Positions 61,469-64,000 of a stretch of 64,000 nucleotides of DNA are shown here, one piece after another. The notes below the pieces were generated by a model. The model was given only the letters and a program-made list of their open reading frames with translations. It did no database searches and was not told the DNA's origin. Within the stretch, counting starts at the first letter, position 1, and each line of letters starts with the position of its first letter. The stretch comes from an uncultured Actinomycetota bacterium (GTDB lineage Bacteria; Actinomycetota; Actinomycetes; Actinomycetales; Cellulomonadaceae), in the NCBI GenBank assembly GCA_963703555.1, contig CAVPEV010000046.1, positions 11,529-75,528 on the forward strand. The letters are read 5' to 3'. The position numbers were made by a program, and so were the translations under genes.

Positions 61469-61570
61469 TGGTGGGCGTCGGCGCGGGGGCGGCGTGGGGC
61501 ACAATCACGGGAAGCGCCCGGGCTGCGGGCGCGGGCGGCCAGGCCGTCGAGGCGAGGCTGGGAGGCTGGC

Positions 61571-63112
61571 GTGGCTCTGGGCGGGATCGGTGAGATCGCG
61601 GTCATCGTCGGGCTGCTCGGGGCCTGCCTGGTCGCCCTCGTCCTGGTGCTCGTCGCACGCCGGGAGGCGGACCAGCAGCGCGCCCAGGCTGTCCGTGACG
61701 TCGCCGCGACGCGCGAGGAGGCGGCCGAGCTGTTGGCCGACACGGTGCGCCGGAACGAGCGCACAGTGGCGCGGGAGCAGGAGGTGTCGGAGGCGCAGCA
61801 GGCGGTGGCGACTCTTGATCGCACCCTGCGCACCCGCGAGCAGGAGGTGGACGCCGCACACCGTGAGGCCTCCCGGCTGCTGGCTGACGCGGAGCGCGCC
61901 GCGGCCGACCGGCTCGCCGAGGCACAGGCCACCGCGTCCGCCCGGATCGCCCAGGCGGACCGGGAGGCTTTCGAGCGGCTCGAGCAGGTGTCGGGGCTCG
62001 ACGCCGCGCAAGCACGGGCCGGCCTGGTCGAGCGGCTGGTCGCCGACGCCACGCAGGAGGCTGCCTCCCGGGTCCGCCGCGTCGAGGCACAGGCCCGGCG
62101 GTCGGCCGACGCCCGTGCCCGGCGGGTGGTGACCACGGCAGTCCAACGTCTGGCCGTGCCGACCAGCACGCAGTCGGTCATCACGGTGCTGCCGCTGCCC
62201 TCGGAGGAGATGAAGGGCCGGATCATCGGCAAGGAGGGCCGCAACATCCGCATGTTCGAGGCGCTCACCGGCGTCAACGTGCTCATCGACGAGATGCCGG
62301 ACGCCGTCGTGCTGTCCAGCTTCGACCCGGAGCGCCGCGAGGTCGCCCAGGTCGCCCTGGAGGCTCTCATGGCGGACGGACGGATCCACCCGCAGCGCAT
62401 CGAGGCGGCCTACGCCGAGGCGCTGGCCGGGGCCGACGACCGTGCCGAGCAGGCGGGCCACGACGCTGCGGAGCGGGCCGGGGTCAATGGTCTGCACGAC
62501 GAGCTCGTGCGGACCATGGGGCGGCTGCGGCTGCGGACCTCCTACGGCCAGAACGTCCTCGAGCACCTCGTGGAGTCCGCCCTCCTCGCGGCTGCGATGG
62601 CCGCCGAGGTGGGCGCGGACGTGGGGGTGGCCCGGCGCGGGGCGTTCCTCCACGATGTCGGCAAGGCGCTGACCAGCCAGCACGCCGGTCCGCACGCCGC
62701 GGTCGGTGCCGAGCTGGCGCGCCGGTTCGGCGAGTCGGACGCCGTCGGCAACGCGATCGCGGCGCACCACGAGGACGTGCCGTTCGACACCGTCGAGGCG
62801 GTCCTGGTCCAGGCGGCGGACGCGATCTCGGCCGCCCGGCCCGGGGCTCGAAAGGAGGACGTGGCGCAGTACATCGAGCGCATGGACCACCTCGAGCAGC
62901 TCGTGGTCGCCCACCCAGGGGTGCGGCGCGCGCTGGCGATGGCGGCAGGCCGGGAGGTCCGCGTGGTGGTCGAACCGACCGAGGTCGACGACGCGGCCCT
63001 CGCGGGTCTCGCGACGGCCATTGCGCAGCACATCGAGAGCGAGCTGACCTACCCCGGCGAGGTGCGGGTCACGGTCGTGCGGGAGCTGCGCGCGAGCGCC
63101 ACAGCCGGCTGA
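61571..63112 (+). CDS. rny: Ribonuclease Y
   Basis: GTG 61571 within track ORF 61421..63112. N-terminal TM helix, coiled-coil region, KH domain ([27 protein letters not shown]) and HD domain ([17 protein letters not shown]). Confidence 0.9.
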   Translation: MALGGIGEIAVIVGLLGACLVALVLVLVARREADQQRAQAVRDVAATREEAAELLADTVRRNERTVAREQEVSEAQQAVATLDRTLRTREQEVDAAHREASRLLADAERAAADRLAEAQATASARIAQADREAFERLEQVSGLDAAQARAGLVERLVADATQEAASRVRRVEAQARRSADARARRVVTTAVQRLAVPTSTQSVITVLPLPSEEMKGRIIGKEGRNIRMFEALTGVNVLIDEMPDAVVLSSFDPERREVAQVALEALMADGRIHPQRIEAAYAEALAGADDRAEQAGHDAAERAGVNGLHDELVRTMGRLRLRTSYGQNVLEHLVESALLAAAMAAEVGADVGVARRGAFLHDVGKALTSQHAGPHAAVGAELARRFGESDAVGNAIAAHHEDVPFDTVEAVLVQAADAISAARPGARKEDVAQYIERMDHLEQLVVAHPGVRRALAMAAGREVRVVVEPTEVDDAALAGLATAIAQHIESELTYPGEVRVTVVRELRASATAG

Positions 63113-63144
63113 CGCCGCGTCGGGCGGCCGTACCCTGGACGACC

Positions 63145-64000
63145 ATGACCAGCCCCGCCCAGATCGACCTGCCGCGGACCTACCTCGTGCGGACCCTCGG
63201 CTGCCAGATGAACCTGCACGACTCCGAGCACATGGCAGGCATGCTCGAGGCGGCCGGCTACGTGCCGGCCCCGGCGCAGGACGCCGCCGCGGACCTGGCC
63301 GACGTCGTCGTCATCAACACCTGTGCCGTGCGGGAGAACGCTGCCGACCGGTTGTACGGGACGCTCGGCCGCCTGGCGGCGGTGAAGCGTTCACGGGCCG
63401 GGATGCAGATCGCCGTCGGGGGCTGTCTGGCGCAGAAGGATCGGCAGGGCATCGTCGACCGGGCCCCGTGGGTGGACGTCGTCATGGGCACCCACAACAT
63501 GGACCGCTTGCCGGTGCTGCTGGAACGGTCCCGCTACAACCGGCGGGCCGAGGTGGAGATCGCCGAGTCCCTGCAGGTGTTCCCGTCGACGCTGCCCACC
63601 CGGCGGGAGTCCGTCTATGCGGGCTGGGTGTCGATCAGCGTGGGCTGCAACAACACGTGCACGTTCTGCATCGTGCCGCACCTGCGGGGCAGGGAACGCG
63701 ACCGACGTCCCGGCGACGTGCTGGCCGAGGTCGAGGCGCTGGTGGAGTCGGGTGCCATCGAGGTGACCCTGCTCGGTCAGAACGTCAACTCCTACGGAGC
63801 CGAGTTCGGGGACCGGGGCGCCTTCGCGTCGTTACTGCGTGCCGTCGGTGCGGTGGACGGCCTGGAGCGGCTGCGATTCACCTCGCCGCACCCCGCAGCC
63901 TTCCGGGACGACGTCATCGCGGCGATGGCCGAGACCCCGACGGTCATGCGCCAGCTGCACATGCCGCTGCAGTCCGGCTCGGACCGGGTGCTGCGCGCGA
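63145..64000 (+). CDS. miaB: tRNA-i6A37 methylthiotransferase MiaB (5' part, runs off the window)
   Basis: Not in the ORF track because there is no stop in the window. My own translation from ATG 63145 gives [71 protein letters not shown]. Confidence 0.9.
   Translation, partial: MTSPAQIDLPRTYLVRTLGCQMNLHDSEHMAGMLEAAGYVPAPAQDAAADLADVVVINTCAVRENAADRLYGTLGRLAAVKRSRAGMQIAVGGCLAQKDRQGIVDRAPWVDVVMGTHNMDRLPVLLERSRYNRRAEVEIAESLQVFPSTLPTRRESVYAGWVSISVGCNNTCTFCIVPHLRGRERDRRPGDVLAEVEALVESGAIEVTLLGQNVNSYGAEFGDRGAFASLLRAVGAVDGLERLRFTSPHPAAFRDDVIAAMAETPTVMRQLHMPLQSGSDRVLRA

Overview
The window is a very G+C-rich chromosomal segment (by eye about 70-75%) of an actinobacterium. It has the Micrococcales/Cellulomonas-like gene order, but the taxon cannot be fixed from sequence alone.

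It is almost wholly conserved housekeeping genes, tightly packed and often joined by 4-nt stop/start overlaps:
- rpsP(3' end)-KH-rimM-trmD-rplS-lepB-rnhB
- DUF2469-yraN-comM-dprA-xerC-whiG
- M23 peptidase (minus strand)
- rpsB-tsf-pyrH-frr-cdsA-rlmN-DivIVA-like-dxr-M50 protease-ispG-GNAT-proS
- Ala-rich lipoprotein (minus strand)
- rimP-nusA-ylxR-infB-rbfA-truB-ribF-rpsO-pnp-M16 peptidase-dapB-membrane protein
- GNAT and gabD-like dehydrogenase (minus strand)
- thyA-folA-dapA-ftsK-GGDEF/EAL protein
- capA-like gene (minus strand)
- pgsA-cinA-clgR
- lhr (minus strand)
- DUF3046, alkaline-phosphatase-family protein, MBL hydrolase, recA-recX-rny-miaB(5' part)

I saw no rRNA, tRNA, CRISPR array or intact mobile element.

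Parts that do not fit the core pattern:
1. A roughly 1 kb compositional island at about 38.2-39.2 kb. It carries two inverted repeats, one well-initiated small membrane ORF and a broken minus-strand coding remnant.
2. A capA-like gene inserted between the GGDEF/EAL gene and pgsA. It is bracketed by diverged ~59/65 bp direct repeats that duplicate the old gene junction.
3. Four apparent frame disruptions: DUF2469, comM, the island remnant and the capA 3' end. These are either real decay or assembly indels.
4. Recognisable DNA-damage promoter motifs at recA and a near match at lhr.
5. Several exact in-frame tandem duplications and structured leaders.

I found no complete, clearly novel multi-gene system. 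The island is the best candidate for something undescribed.

Many long ORFs in the six-frame track are alternate-frame or antisense artefacts of the high G+C content. All motif coordinates were counted by hand and may be off by 1-2 nt.
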